Notes: a model not told the origin generated them from the letters alone. A stretch of DNA of 64,000 bases from an uncultured bacterium (GCA_903912525.1 CAIWHK010000049.1:21269-85268); one strand, 5' to 3'. Shown: positions 49,197 to 60,600, counted from the first letter of the stretch. Program-made: numbers and translations.

Positions 49197-50234
49197 TCAG
49201 TGACCGCGCCGGAATTCCTGGACCGTACGGACCAGGGTCTCCACCGCGGGGATCGGCGCATGCGGCAGAATGCCGTGCCCCAGGTTGAACACGTGGCCGG
49301 GGGCCTTTTCGCCCTTGCGGCAGATCTCCAGCGCGCGCGAGCGCACCTGCTCGTGCGTGCCGTACAGCACCAGCGGGTCCAGGTTGCCCTGCACGCAGCG
49401 GCCCGGCAGCTCAGTGATGGCGCGCGTCAGGTCCTGCGTCCAGTCCACCCCGAAGCACTCGACGTCCAGGGTCGAGACGAGGTGGTTGTAAGGCGCGCTG
49501 CCCTTCAGGAAATAGATACGGGGCACGCCCGAGTCCTTCAGGCCGTCCATGATGCGGCGCACCACCGGCAGCACGTGCTTCTCGTAGTCGGCCGGGTGCA
49601 GGATGCCGCCCCAGGTGTCGAACAGCTGCACGGCGTCGACGCCGGCCGCGACCTGCATCTTCAGGTAGTCCAGCACCTGGTCGCCCAAAAGATCGAGCAG
49701 CTCCTGCAGCAGGTCGGGCCGCGAGTACAGCATCGTCTTGATATGCTCGTACTCCTTCGATCCGCCGCCCTCGATCAGGTAGCTGGCCAGCGTGAACGGC
49801 GAGCCCGCGAAGCCGATCAACGGCGTCTTGTCGCCCAGTTCCTTCTTCATCAGCTTGATGGCGTCGGCCACGAAGCCGACGCCTTCCAGCGACGGGTAGC
49901 GCTACAGCGAGCGGATGTCGCGCTCGTCGCGCAGCGGCCGCTCCAGCTTGGGGCCGCCGTGCGAGAAGTCGAACGGGGCGCCCATGGCCTCGAGCGGCGT
50001 CAGGATGTCGCTGAACATGATCGCCGCGTCGAAGCCGAACCGCCGGATCGGCTGGATGGTGACCTCGCAGGCCGCCTCGGGCGAACGGCACAGGTCGTTG
50101 AACGAGATCTTCGACCGCACCTCCATGTACTCCGGCAGGTAGCGGCCCGCCTGGCGCATGACCCAAATGGGCGTACGGTCGCACGGCTCGCCGCGCAGGT
50201 TCTTCAGGAAGATGCAGTCCTTGAGGTCGGCCAT
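49197..50234 (-). pseudogene. hemE: uroporphyrinogen decarboxylase hemE interrupted by a single in-frame TAG (49902-49904)
   Basis: The two same-frame ORFs (49902-50234 and 49197-49901) together give a full 345-aa UroD ('[12 protein letters not shown]...IGFAGSPFTLASY...') with TAG between '...RDIRSL' and 'RYPSLEGVGFV...'. Confidence 0.7.
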
Positions 50235-50239
50235 GCGCG

Positions 50240-51526
50240 TCAGCTCCAGCTCTTGAAGGTGTCGGCCACGGCACTCACCGTGGCGTCGATGTCGGCGTCG
50301 GTATGCGCCGCGCTCACGAACCCGACTTCCCAGCCCGACGGGGCCAGGTAGATGCCGCGGTCGATCAGGTCGCGGTGCAGACGTCCGTAGATGGGCATCT
50401 TCGAGCCGTCGACGGCCGCGACCGCGCGCGGCGCCTCGGGCTGGAACACGCACCAGAACAGCGAGCCCTGCCGGGCCAGGCTGGCGGTGATGCCGGCGTC
50501 GGCCGCGGCCTTCTTCAGGCCCGCCTCGAGCCGGGCGCCCTTGCGCTCGAGGTCCTCGTAGAAGCCGGGGCGGCCCGTCTTCTCCAGGGTCACGAGTCCC
50601 GCGGCCATCGCAACCGGGTTGCCGCTCAGCGTGCCGGCCTGGTAGACCGAGCCCAGCGGCGAGACGTGCGCCATGATGTCCCGGCGCGTGGCGTAGGCGC
50701 CCACGGGGAAGCCGCCGCCGATGATCTTGCCGTAGGTGCCCATGTCCGGCGTGATGCCGAGCAACTCGGCCGCGCCGCTGCGCGCCACGCGGAAGCCGGT
50801 GATGACCTCGTCAAAGATCAGAAGCGCGCCGTGTTTCGTCGTCAGGTCGCGGCAGGCCTTCATGAACGCGGCAGTCTGGATGAGCAGGCCGCTGTTGGCC
50901 GGCACCGGCTCGATGATGAGCGCGGCCACCTCGCTGCCGCGCGCGGCGAAGAACGCTTCCAGCTTCTCGACGTCGTCCAGGGGCAGCACGACCGTGGTGT
51001 CGCTGAAGCCCTTGGGGACGCCGGCGCTGCTGGGCGTGCCGAACGTGGCCAGGCCGCTGCCCGCTTCCACGAGCAGGCTGTCGGTGTGGCCGTGGTAGCA
51101 GCCGCTGAACTTGACGGTGATGTCACGGCCCGTGAAGCCGCGAGCCAGGCGGATTGCGCTCATCACGGCCTCGGTGCCGCTGCTGACGAAGCGCACCTGG
51201 TCGAAGTGCGGCATGCGGGCCAGGAAGGCCTCGGCCAACAGCACCTCGCGGCGGCTGGGCGCGCCGAACGACGCGCCCTCGTTCATCGCCTCGAGCGCCG
51301 CGGCGTGCACCTCGGCGTCGGCGTGGCCCAGGATGAGCGGGCCCCAGCTCAGGCACCAGTCGATGTACGACTTCCCGTCCTCGTCGGTGAAGCGGCAGCC
51401 CTTCGCCGACTTGAAGAACAGGGGATCGCCCGGCACCGACTTGAACGACCGCACCGGGCTGTTGACGCCGCCGGGCATGACCTTCTGCGCCCGCTCCCAC
51501 CAGTTCGCGTTGCTCACTTGAGCCAT
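50240..51526 (-). CDS. hemL: glutamate-1-semialdehyde 2,1-aminomutase
   Basis: '[10 protein letters not shown]', '[10 protein letters not shown]' with the PLP lysine context. Confidence 0.9.
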   Translation of the reverse strand: MAQVSNANWWERAQKVMPGGVNSPVRSFKSVPGDPLFFKSAKGCRFTDEDGKSYIDWCLSWGPLILGHADAEVHAAALEAMNEGASFGAPSRREVLLAEAFLARMPHFDQVRFVSSGTEAVMSAIRLARGFTGRDITVKFSGCYHGHTDSLLVEAGSGLATFGTPSSAGVPKGFSDTTVVLPLDDVEKLEAFFAARGSEVAALIIEPVPANSGLLIQTAAFMKACRDLTTKHGALLIFDEVITGFRVARSGAAELLGITPDMGTYGKIIGGGFPVGAYATRRDIMAHVSPLGSVYQAGTLSGNPVAMAAGLVTLEKTGRPGFYEDLERKGARLEAGLKKAAADAGITASLARQGSLFWCVFQPEAPRAVAAVDGSKMPIYGRLHRDLIDRGIYLAPSGWEVGFVSAAHTDADIDATVSAVADTFKSWS

Positions 51527-52497
51527 CCCTTCGAGAGTGCGTCGCGGCCGTGGTAGGTGATGATCAGGTCCGAGCCGGCGCGGCGCATGGCCAGCAGGTT
51601 CTCGCGCACGATCAGCGCCTCGTTCACCCAGCCGGCGGCAGCCGCGGCCTTCACCAGCGAGTACTCGCCCGACACGTTGTAGCAGACCACGGGGATGAGC
51701 ACCTCGTCGCGCACGCGGCGGATGATGTCCAGGTAGGCCAGCGCGGGCTTGACCATCACCATGTCGGCGCCCTCGTCCACGTCCAGCAGCGCCTCGAGCA
51801 CGCCTTCGCGGCCGTTGCGCACGTCCATCTGGTAGCTCTTGCGGTCGCCCTGCGGCGCGCTGTCGCAGGCGTCGCGGAACGGGCCGTAGTAGGCGCTGGC
51901 GTACTTGGCGCTGTAGGCCAGGATCGCCGTGTCGGTGTAGCCCTCTTCGTCCATCAGCATGCGCATGGCGCCGACGCGGCCGTCCATCATGTCCGAGGGG
52001 CTGACGATGTCGGCGCCGTTGCGGGCGTGGGCCAGGGCCATCTCGGCCAGCTGTTCGACGCTGGCGTCGTTGACAACCTTGCCGTTCTCCAGGAAGCCGC
52101 AGTGGCCGTGGCTGGTGTAGGCGCACAGGCAGACGTCGGTGATGGTGATGATGTCCTGGCCGAACTGCTTCTTCAGCTCGCGCAGGGCGCGCGCCACGAC
52201 CGAGTCGTCGCCCAGCGCCGTGGAGCCGGTGGCGTCCTTCTTGTCGGGGATGCCGAACAGCAGGTGCGACTTCAGGCCCAGCTCGAGGTCAGCGGCCACT
52301 TCCTTGACCAGGTTGTCGACCGACACGTGGCCGATGCCGGGCATGCTGGCGATCTCGTCCTTGAATCCGGTGCCTTCGACCACGAAGTGCGGGGTGATCA
52401 GGTGCCGCGCCTCGACGTTGGTCTCGGCGACCATCTCGCGCATGACGGGGGTGGTGCGCAGGCGGCGGGGGCGTTCGAACATCTCCATGGTGTGCAC
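51514..52497 (-). CDS. hemB: porphobilinogen synthase (ALA dehydratase)
   Basis: 'RPRRLRTTPVMREMVAET', 'SPSDMMDGRV', 'MVKPALAYLDII'; GGAG RBS. Confidence 0.9.
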   Translation of the reverse strand: MHTMEMFERPRRLRTTPVMREMVAETNVEARHLITPHFVVEGTGFKDEIASMPGIGHVSVDNLVKEVAADLELGLKSHLLFGIPDKKDATGSTALGDDSVVARALRELKKQFGQDIITITDVCLCAYTSHGHCGFLENGKVVNDASVEQLAEMALAHARNGADIVSPSDMMDGRVGAMRMLMDEEGYTDTAILAYSAKYASAYYGPFRDACDSAPQGDRKSYQMDVRNGREGVLEALLDVDEGADMVMVKPALAYLDIIRRVRDEVLIPVVCYNVSGEYSLVKAAAAAGWVNEALIVRENLLAMRRAGSDLIITYHGRDALSKGWLK

Positions 52498-52511
52498 TCC
52501 GGTCCGAAGGT

Positions 52512-53204
52512 TTACGGGTTCCGGTCCAGGCCGGCGGCCCGGATCATCGCTTCCAGGTCGGGGGTCGCGGCGACCTCCGGTGCGAATCCGGCCTCGCGGG
52601 CAGCAGCCGCGGTGGTGGCGCCGATCGCCACGCATGCCGGTCGTTCGCTCCACGCGGCGGCAAACGCGCGCACCGCGGTGGGGCTGCAGAAGAAGACCAC
52701 GTCGCCCGGCGCCAGCGGCGCGGGCGGCAGTTCGCCCGGGGGCACCGCCGACGTGCGGTACAGCGCCACTTCCAAAACCTTGCAACCGGCCGCGCGCAGC
52801 GATGCGCCCGGCTCGCGCAGGCGCCCTTCGGCGCCCGGCAGCAGCACGCGGCACGGCGCGTCGACGCATTCCAGGAACGCGCGGGCCAGCGCGGCGCCGT
52901 CCGGTTCGTTCACACCCAGCACGTCGTAAAGCCCGACGGCTTCCAGCGCGGCGCGCGTGCCGTCACCCAGGGCGCCGAGCTTAACTCCGTCCGGCAACCC
53001 GTCCCACTCCGCCAGCGAACGTGCGCCCTGCGGCGACGTTACCAGCGCCCAGTCCCAGCGGCCCTCGGGGGCCGGCGCCGCCAGCGTCTCGTAGCGCAGC
53101 AGCGGCAGGTCCAGCACGGCCATGCCCCGCGCGCGCAGCTCCGCCAGCCACGGTGCATTGCCCTGCGCCTCGCGGGTCAGGACGATGCGGCGGCCGGCGT
53201 CCAA
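52512..53204 (-). CDS. hemD: uroporphyrinogen-III synthase
   Basis: About 230 aa HemD-like; TTG start 2 nt after the hemC TAG; N-terminal 'RRIVLTREA'. Confidence 0.65.
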   Translation of the reverse strand: MDAGRRIVLTREAQGNAPWLAELRARGMAVLDLPLLRYETLAAPAPEGRWDWALVTSPQGARSLAEWDGLPDGVKLGALGDGTRAALEAVGLYDVLGVNEPDGAALARAFLECVDAPCRVLLPGAEGRLREPGASLRAAGCKVLEVALYRTSAVPPGELPPAPLAPGDVVFFCSPTAVRAFAAAWSERPACVAIGATTAAAAREAGFAPEVAATPDLEAMIRAAGLDRNP

Positions 53205-53206
53205 GC

Positions 53207-54154
53207 CTACAGCCCCCGGTGTGAGGCGAGCTTCGGCCAGGCCGTCTCGGCCAGAGCGTCGGGATCCGAACCCGTCAGGCTCAAACGCAGCGGAGCGGCA
53301 TCGGCGGCATCCAAAGCGAGGAACGCCTCGAGCTTCCACGCCGACCCGCCGCCGGTGATGTTCACGCCGAACGGCAGCTGGCAGCCGCCCTCGAGCCGGC
53401 ACAGCAGGTTGCGCTCGGCGCGCACCGCGCGCGCGGCCTCGGCGCAGTCGAGTTGCGCGATGGTCCGCTTCCAGATGTCCTCGTCGCGGCACTGCAGCCC
53501 GAGCATGCCCTGCGCGGGCGCCGGCACGAACACCGCGGGATCGAGCGGGCAGGTGTAGAGGTCGCTCAGGTCCAGCTCGAGCCGCTTCAGCCCGGCGCAG
53601 GCCAGCAGGATGGCGTCGTAGCGTCCCTCGCGCAGCCGGTTGACGCGCGTCGGCACGTTGCCGCGCAGGTCGACGATCTGCACGTCGGGCCGCACCAGAC
53701 GCAGCTGCGCCTGCCGACGCGCGGCGCTGGTGCCCACGCGCGGACCATCCTTCAGCGGCAGCGGGTCGCCCGCGGCGCGGCGCGCTTCATCGACCGCTTC
53801 CTTGCGCACCAGCAGCATCTCGCGCGCGTCCTCGCGTCCGACCATCGCCGCCAGCACCAGGCCGTCGGGCATCTCGGTCGCCAGGTCCTTCAGCGAGTGC
53901 ACGGCCAGGTCGACGCGACCGGCCAGCAGCGCATCCTCGAGCTCCTTCGTGAAGAAGCCCTTGCCCTCGAGCTGCGCCAGCGGCACATCGTCGATGCGAT
54001 CGCCCCGCGTCTTGATGATCTCGATCTCGGTCTCGGTGCCCAGCTCGCCGAGCATCCGCTGGATGGTGTGGGCCTGCCAAAGGGCCAGGTCCGAACCGCG
54101 GGTACCGATGCGGCACTTGGGGGCGAAATCGTGAGAGGCGGGCTGCTGGGGCAC
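53207..54154 (-). CDS. hemC: hydroxymethylbilane synthase (porphobilinogen deaminase)
   Basis: 'RIGTRGSDLALWQA', 'IKTRGD', 'AVHSLKD'; GTG start with GGAGGA RBS. Confidence 0.85.
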   Translation of the reverse strand: MPQQPASHDFAPKCRIGTRGSDLALWQAHTIQRMLGELGTETEIEIIKTRGDRIDDVPLAQLEGKGFFTKELEDALLAGRVDLAVHSLKDLATEMPDGLVLAAMVGREDAREMLLVRKEAVDEARRAAGDPLPLKDGPRVGTSAARRQAQLRLVRPDVQIVDLRGNVPTRVNRLREGRYDAILLACAGLKRLELDLSDLYTCPLDPAVFVPAPAQGMLGLQCRDEDIWKRTIAQLDCAEAARAVRAERNLLCRLEGGCQLPFGVNITGGGSAWKLEAFLALDAADAAPLRLSLTGSDPDALAETAWPKLASHRGL

Positions 54155-54225
54155 GTCGGGTCCTCCGGGGTGGGCCGCTGCGCGGGTGGGAATTTTGACA
54201 AATATAATGGATACAGGGTTGGGGG

Positions 54226-54252
54226 CCAGCTTAGCCCCCTTTTTGGCGCCCG
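54226..54252 (+). terminator. plus-strand intrinsic-terminator-like hairpin (GGGGGC-cagctta-GCCCCC + TTTTTGG) with no annotated plus-strand gene upstream
   Basis: Read directly; a TTGACAaaTATAAT motif lies about 15 nt upstream. Confidence 0.35.
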
Positions 54253-54501
54253 ACAGCGACCGCGCCGGGTGCAAAAATCGGATCACAAAAGCGAAAATGA
54301 ACTAATTTTTGAACAAATATGCGCCCGGGGTTTGCAACCGCACCCGGACGGGGCCGCACCCGCCGGGAAAGGTCGTGAAAACCGGCAACCCAGGTGTGTT
54401 CGGGCCTCCATTTCCCCTATACTCATCCTGATCATGCTTCTTCGACTTCCCGCCCGACGATCGGGGAGCGAAGCGCATGCCTATGTCGCAAAGGGGGAGC
54501 G

Positions 54502-57500
54502 ATGAAGCGCCTGCCGTATCACGTGGCCAGGGGTGCGCTGCTGTTGCTGGTAACCTGCAGCGCCGCCGCAGGGGCGCCATCCGCCGCGCGCGTACCGTCA
54601 TCGGGACAGCACCTGTACTACGGCGCCGCCGCCACCGCCAAGGCGACCGGCGACACCGTCGACCTGATGGGCCCGGGCGCCGCCTTCCCGTACCGGGGTG
54701 ATTTCGAGACCGCGCAGGCGCGGCCCGCTGCCGCGGGTGCGTTGCCGGATGGCTGGACCTCGATCGACCAGACCTCCCCGGCGAACCACTGGCATGTCGA
54801 CAGCTACGGCAACCCGTTCGGGGGCGCGGCGGCCTGGTGCGGCGCGCTGGCCTTGGCGTACTGCGGCGGCGAGGATCCCGAAAGCGGCTACGCCAACGAC
54901 TGGCGCGACATCCTCGAGTTCCGCAAGACGGTCGGCGGGGCCGCCTCGGTGCGCGTGCAGGCCGACCTCCAGTACGACTGCGAACCCGGCTACGACTTCA
55001 CGACGCTGCAGCGTCGCACCGCGGCGCAACCCCTGTTCGAACCCGTTGCCGGCGGCCAGGGCCTGTCGTGGGACGGCGTCGGCACGGTGGCGGTGGACTA
55101 CACGTTCACCTACGCGCCGGCCGAACTGGTGGGCGGCGCCGACATCGCCATCGCCTTCGTGTTCGATTCGGACAACACCTGGTCCGACGGCGACTGCAAC
55201 TGGCCCACCGGGGGCGCCTGCCGCGTGGACAACATCGTCGTCACCCTGAACGGCGTCGCCTACACCGAGGATTTCTCCGACGGCGAACTGGGCCCCGACT
55301 GGGTCGCGGCGCCGAACGTGGGTGTGGGAAACTTCGCGCGCGTCTGGGGCCAGCTCGGCGACCTCGATGATTGCGCCCAGGACTACACCAAGGTCATCGC
55401 CTTCATCGACGACGGCCTGGTCGTGCCCGGCACCGGAGGCACTATCGGGGAACCCGGCAACGACTACGGACCGCCGGGCGGCTACATCGTCAACAACACC
55501 GGCGGGTTGCTGGGGCCGGCCTACCACCTGGAAAACGTCGTCGATTCACCGATGATGGCATTCCCCGACCAGGCCCGGCGGGGTGTGACCCTCGCGTTCG
55601 ACGTCTATCGCCACGAGCTGCTCGCGCCGAACGACAGCCCCGGCATCTTCTACACGTGGAGCATCCGCTCGGGTACTGCGGATTGGTTTGCCCACCTCAG
55701 CTACGGATGGTTCGACCGCAATTTCGTCTACTACGGCGGTCCCTCGTACCAGCGTTCGATCAACGTCGTCGACGACCTGATCGATCCGGACGCGACCCAC
55801 CTGCAGGTGCAGTTCGGCGTCATCGAGCTGGGCTGGCAGTTCGGCTACGGCAACGGCACCAACGGGACGCCGGCGCCGTATTTCGACAACGTCAGTGTCA
55901 AGGTGTACGGGTCCACCGGCCCCCACATCGTCGCGACCGAGATCCGACTGGCGAACGACGGCTTCCCGGCCATCGGCGATGTGGACCTCGTTCACCTTGG
56001 CGCCAACTCGGTGCGCTTCGACATGGCGGCGAACATCTCCGCGAGGACGCACCTGCGCAACGATCCCGGCGACAGCATCTGGATCGACGTGACGGCGCGT
56101 GCCGGTGGCCAGTTGGTGGGCCCACCGGTCATGTACTGGACGTTCGCGAGGAAGAACCCGCTGTTCAATCCGTATCGTTCGCTGCCGGCGAACCCGGTGG
56201 TGGGCAACGTGACCCGCAACGCGGCCGGCGTCACCGTCGCCAATCGCTACAACTTCGACCTGCCCGACACCGGCATGCTCTTCCCGGGCGACGTCCTGCA
56301 ATACTACTTCGCGTCCACCGACCAGGTCGGCGCCGACATCCGCACGGCGTTTGTCCCGGCGGACCGCAGCGGACTGGGCAATCCGTACCCGCACCAGAAC
56401 CTGTCGTCGCCCTACCAGCCTGCCTACCCGGGCGCGTTCACCGTCCGGTGCCTGCCGTCGGTGCAGGACGCCACGGGGTACCAGCCGTCCGTCCTGTTCT
56501 GGAACGACACCGGCTTCCGCGGCGACGAGGAGCGCTGGCACTCCGCCTTCATGTACCTGTGCTACAGGGCCGGCAGCGAATACGACCTGTTCACCACCCA
56601 CGGACCGACGTCCGGCGTCGGCAACGGCCTCGGCGGCCGGGCCACCGCGGCGCAGCTCGACGGCTACAGCGACATGCTGTACTCGTCGGGAGACCTGGGC
56701 ACCGCGACGCTGTCCAACGGCGACTTCAGCGGCGACCCGGGCAACGACCTGGCGCTGTTGAACAACTGGTTCGCGGTCGGTGGCCGGGACCTGTTCATGA
56801 CCGGCGATGACCTGGCGACCAGCCTCGCCGCGGCGGGAAGCGCGGGCACCACGTTCCTCGAGACCCGCATGGGGCTGGTGGTCAACGACGGCGACGTCCG
56901 CGACAACATCGGCGGGCAGGTGGCGCCCCTGGTCGTCAAGATGTCGGGCAATCCGGTGTTCGCCACCGCGGTGTCATGGACCGCCTACGGCGGCTGCCTG
57001 AACATCAACGACTTCGACAACGTCACGCCGCGGCCGGGAGCGGTGCGGTTGGCCCAGTTCACGTCGCCGGACGGCGTGTCCGCGCCCTACCCGTACGCGG
57101 CGGCCACGTTGAACGTCAACGGCGGCAATCGCGTCGTGTCGATGGATCACGACTTCAGGTATGTCACCGAGCCGGACAAGAGCCCGGTGCCCATTCCGGC
57201 CCGGGTCAAGATCCTCAGCAACGTGCTCGACTACTTCTGGGTGGCGAACAACCTGAGCGATTGCTTGGGCGATGCGCCCCCGGCCGCCGATGACCGTTTT
57301 GCCGTGACCAGCTACCCGAACCCGTTCAACCCGTCGGTCACGCTGCGCTACACGTTGCAGGCGCCAGGTCTGGTCACCATGAAGGTGTTCGACATGCGCG
57401 GCGCGCTGGTGCGCACGCTGCTCGACGGGCCCGTCGACCAGCCGAGCGGGGCGGTCACGTGGAACGGGCGCAGCGACGCGGGGGCGCAGGCGGCGTCTGG

Positions 57501-57567
57501 GCTGTACTTCGTGGAGACGCGCGCCGGCGACGAGGTGGACGTGCGCAAGGTGACGATGCTGAAGTGA
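54502..57567 (+). CDS. large secreted T9SS cargo protein, paralog 1 (unknown Cys-containing N-terminal module, no HExxH)
   Basis: Signal peptide; 1021 aa; C-terminal 'YPNPFNPSVTLRYTL...GLYFVETRAGDEVDVRKVTMLK'; GGGGGAG RBS. Confidence 0.8.
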   Translation: MKRLPYHVARGALLLLVTCSAAAGAPSAARVPSSGQHLYYGAAATAKATGDTVDLMGPGAAFPYRGDFETAQARPAAAGALPDGWTSIDQTSPANHWHVDSYGNPFGGAAAWCGALALAYCGGEDPESGYANDWRDILEFRKTVGGAASVRVQADLQYDCEPGYDFTTLQRRTAAQPLFEPVAGGQGLSWDGVGTVAVDYTFTYAPAELVGGADIAIAFVFDSDNTWSDGDCNWPTGGACRVDNIVVTLNGVAYTEDFSDGELGPDWVAAPNVGVGNFARVWGQLGDLDDCAQDYTKVIAFIDDGLVVPGTGGTIGEPGNDYGPPGGYIVNNTGGLLGPAYHLENVVDSPMMAFPDQARRGVTLAFDVYRHELLAPNDSPGIFYTWSIRSGTADWFAHLSYGWFDRNFVYYGGPSYQRSINVVDDLIDPDATHLQVQFGVIELGWQFGYGNGTNGTPAPYFDNVSVKVYGSTGPHIVATEIRLANDGFPAIGDVDLVHLGANSVRFDMAANISARTHLRNDPGDSIWIDVTARAGGQLVGPPVMYWTFARKNPLFNPYRSLPANPVVGNVTRNAAGVTVANRYNFDLPDTGMLFPGDVLQYYFASTDQVGADIRTAFVPADRSGLGNPYPHQNLSSPYQPAYPGAFTVRCLPSVQDATGYQPSVLFWNDTGFRGDEERWHSAFMYLCYRAGSEYDLFTTHGPTSGVGNGLGGRATAAQLDGYSDMLYSSGDLGTATLSNGDFSGDPGNDLALLNNWFAVGGRDLFMTGDDLATSLAAAGSAGTTFLETRMGLVVNDGDVRDNIGGQVAPLVVKMSGNPVFATAVSWTAYGGCLNINDFDNVTPRPGAVRLAQFTSPDGVSAPYPYAAATLNVNGGNRVVSMDHDFRYVTEPDKSPVPIPARVKILSNVLDYFWVANNLSDCLGDAPPAADDRFAVTSYPNPFNPSVTLRYTLQAPGLVTMKVFDMRGALVRTLLDGPVDQPSGAVTWNGRSDAGAQAASGLYFVETRAGDEVDVRKVTMLK

Positions 57568-57635
57568 CGCGAGAGGGCGGACAGCAAAGCCTGACGCGGC
57601 GATGGCCTGAACTGTCAATGGGGGAGATGGACGTC

Positions 57636-60600
57636 ATGACCACATTGCGCCATTCGGGTGCCCTGATGCTGGCGATCGCGGTGTTGATGGCTGCCGCGGT
57701 TGCGCACGCCAGCGCCGCCGCGGGACGGTCGTTGGCGGGAGTGTCCGCGCGGGAGTGGACGCCGACCAGCACGGTCCCGGTCACCACGTACGGCGGCGGC
57801 GCCGGCAAGGCCGTGGTCGACACCGTCACCCTGATGGGGCCGGGAGGCGTCTACCCGTATCGCGGCGACTTCGAGACGGTCAGTCCCCGCCCCGCAGCCG
57901 AAGGCCGCCTGGCCGACGGTTGGACCTCGATCGACTACACATCCCCGATCAACGGCTGGCACGTCGATACCTATCGCAACCCGTTCACGGGCAAGGCCGC
58001 CTGGTGTGGAGACCTGGCGATCGCGTCGTGCGGTTCCGACCCGGCCGGCGGCTACGGCAACAACTGGTACGGCATGCTCGAGTTCCGCAAGACGGTTGGC
58101 GCGGCTCCGGCCACCGTGCGTGTGCAGGCCAACGTGCAGTACGACTGCGAGCCGGCCTACGACTACCTGATGCTGCAACGGCGCACGGCCGCCGCTCCCG
58201 CCTTCGAGCCCGTCGCCACGGGCCAGGGCTTGTCTTGGGACGGCATCGGCACCACCGCCGTCGACTACACCTTCATGTGGACGGCCGCCGAACTGCTGGG
58301 CGGCACCGACATCGCCGTGGCTTTCGTGTTCGATGCGGATGGAGGCTGGTCGGACGCGGACTGCAGTTACCCGTCGGACGGCGCCGCGCGGGTGGACGAC
58401 GTCATCGTCACGGTCAACGGGACGGCGACCTACAGCGAAGATTTCGAGGATGGCGCCCTCGGGCCCGACTGGGCGGCGACGCCGAACCAGGGCGTCGGCG
58501 ACTACGCGCGGGTGTGGGACTCCGCGGGCGATCTGGACGACTGCGCCGCCAACTACTCGCGGCTCGTCGCGTTCCTGGACGACGGACTGGTCGTGCCCGG
58601 TACCGGAGGCACCCGGGGCACCACCGGCATGGACTACGGCCCGGGCGGCTGGGTCGTCAACGGGCGGGGCGGGATGCTGGGCTACAACAACGGCCTGGAC
58701 AACAGCATCCTGTCGCCGGTGATGGACCTGCCGGATCCGACCGCCGGCGGCCTGACGCTGGCCTTCGACGTCTACCGGCACGAGACATATTCAACGTCGT
58801 CCGCCGGCGTCTTCTACACCTGGGATATCCGCTCGACAGAGGGCGGCGACATCACCCAGGCCGCGTGGGTCAACCGCAACTTCGTCTATTACGGCGGCCC
58901 GGCCTGGGTGCGCGCGGTCAACCAGGCGGATGACCTGCTCGTCCCAGGGGCCACGCAGGCGCAGGTGCGCCTGAGCGCGATGCAGTTCAACTGGTTCTTC
59001 TGCTACGGTTGCGGCTGGGGCATCCCCACCCCGGCGCCGTACTTCGACAATGTCAACGTGAAGGCGTACCGCGGCACGGGGCCGCGCATCGTGGTCACCG
59101 ACATCCGTCTGGCCAGCGACGTGTTCCCGGCCTCGGGCGCGCTGGACCTGGCCAATCTCGCCGCGAACTCCTGCCGCTTCGACATGGCTGCGAACATCTC
59201 GCTCAAGACGCACAATCGCAACGACCCGGGCGACTCGATCTGGATCGAAGCGACGCCGCGTTCGGGCGGCACCCTGTCCACGCCGGTCATGCACTGGAAG
59301 TTCGCGAACAAGAACCCGTTGTTCACCGACGCGCATCGCACGGCCCTGGCCTCTGGCCAGATGGAAGGCAACGTCGCCGGCCGCGTGACCCGCACGGCTA
59401 CCGGGACCATCGTCGCCAACCGCTGGAACTTCGACCTTCCGGACACCGGCATGCTCTTCCCCGGCGACGTGCTGCACTACTACTTCGCCGCGACGGACGT
59501 GGTCGCGGGTGACACGCGCACGTCCACCGCGCCGGCGGACCTCGCCGGCTACGGCAGGCCGAATCCGCTGACCTATCCTGCCGTCTTCACGGTCAACTGC
59601 CTGCCGAGCGTATCCGACGCACAAGGCACGCAACCCACCATCCTCCTGTGGAACGATGCGGGCAACCGCGGCAACGATGACGAATGGAATACGGCCCTGC
59701 AGTTGCTTTGCCAGGTCGGCGGCCTCGACTACGACGTCTTCAACACCCACGGCGCGGCTTCCGGCGTCGGCAACGGCCTGGGCGGCCGCGCTACCGTGTC
59801 CCAGATCACGGGCTATGCCGACATGCTCTACACCTGCGGCGACCTGGGCGCCTTCACCCTCTCGAACGGCGACTACAACGTCGATGCGGGCAACGACCTG
59901 GGCCTGCTGGAGGCGTGGCTCGGGCTCGGCACTCGCGACCTCTTCGCGGCCGGCGACGACCTGGCGGCGAGTCTCTACGCGAGCGGCACCGCCGGGCGCG
60001 ACTTCCTGGCGAACCGCCTGGGTGCGGCCTATGTCGACGGTGACGTCCGCGACAACATCGACGGGCAGGATCAACCCCGGGTCGTGAGGGTGTCCGGCAA
60101 CCCCGTGTTCACGACCGCCAACGCGTGGACGGTCAACGGCGGTTGCCCGACCTTCAACGACTTCGACTACGTCACGCCGCTGCCCGGCGCCGTCCGGTTG
60201 GCGCAGTTCACGGGCACGGACGGCACGTCGACGCCCTACACCGCGGCGGCGGCCATCCTCAAGGTGAACGGGACCAGTCGCGTCGTCTCCCTGAACCACG
60301 ACCTGTCGTACATCATCGACAACGCCAAGGCCGCGTCACCGCTGCCTTATCGCGCACGGGTGATCAGCAACGTGCTGGACTACTTCCAGGCGATGCTGAA
60401 CTTCGGCGACTGCTACGCCGGCACGCCCCCGTTGCCGGGCGTCCCGGGCAGTTTCGCCGTCACCAGCTACCCGAACCCGTTCAACCCGTCGGTGACGCTG
60501 CACTACTCGCTGCCGAAGCCGGGCCCGGTGACGATGAAGGTCTTCGACGCCCGCGGTACCCTGGTGCGCACGCTGCTCGACGGCCCGGTGGAAACGGCCG

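Noticed and set aside
49902-49904. TAG in hemE as a recoded sense codon (alternative genetic code or pyrrolysine)
   Set aside because: TAG terminates several well-delimited genes in this window (ctaC, TPK, sufT, hemC), each with a correctly placed downstream start. No Pyl context is present.
54200-54218. TTGACAaaTATAAT as a sigma70 promoter
   Set aside because: The two hexamers are separated by only 2 nt instead of 16-19. It is kept only as context for the nearby hairpin.
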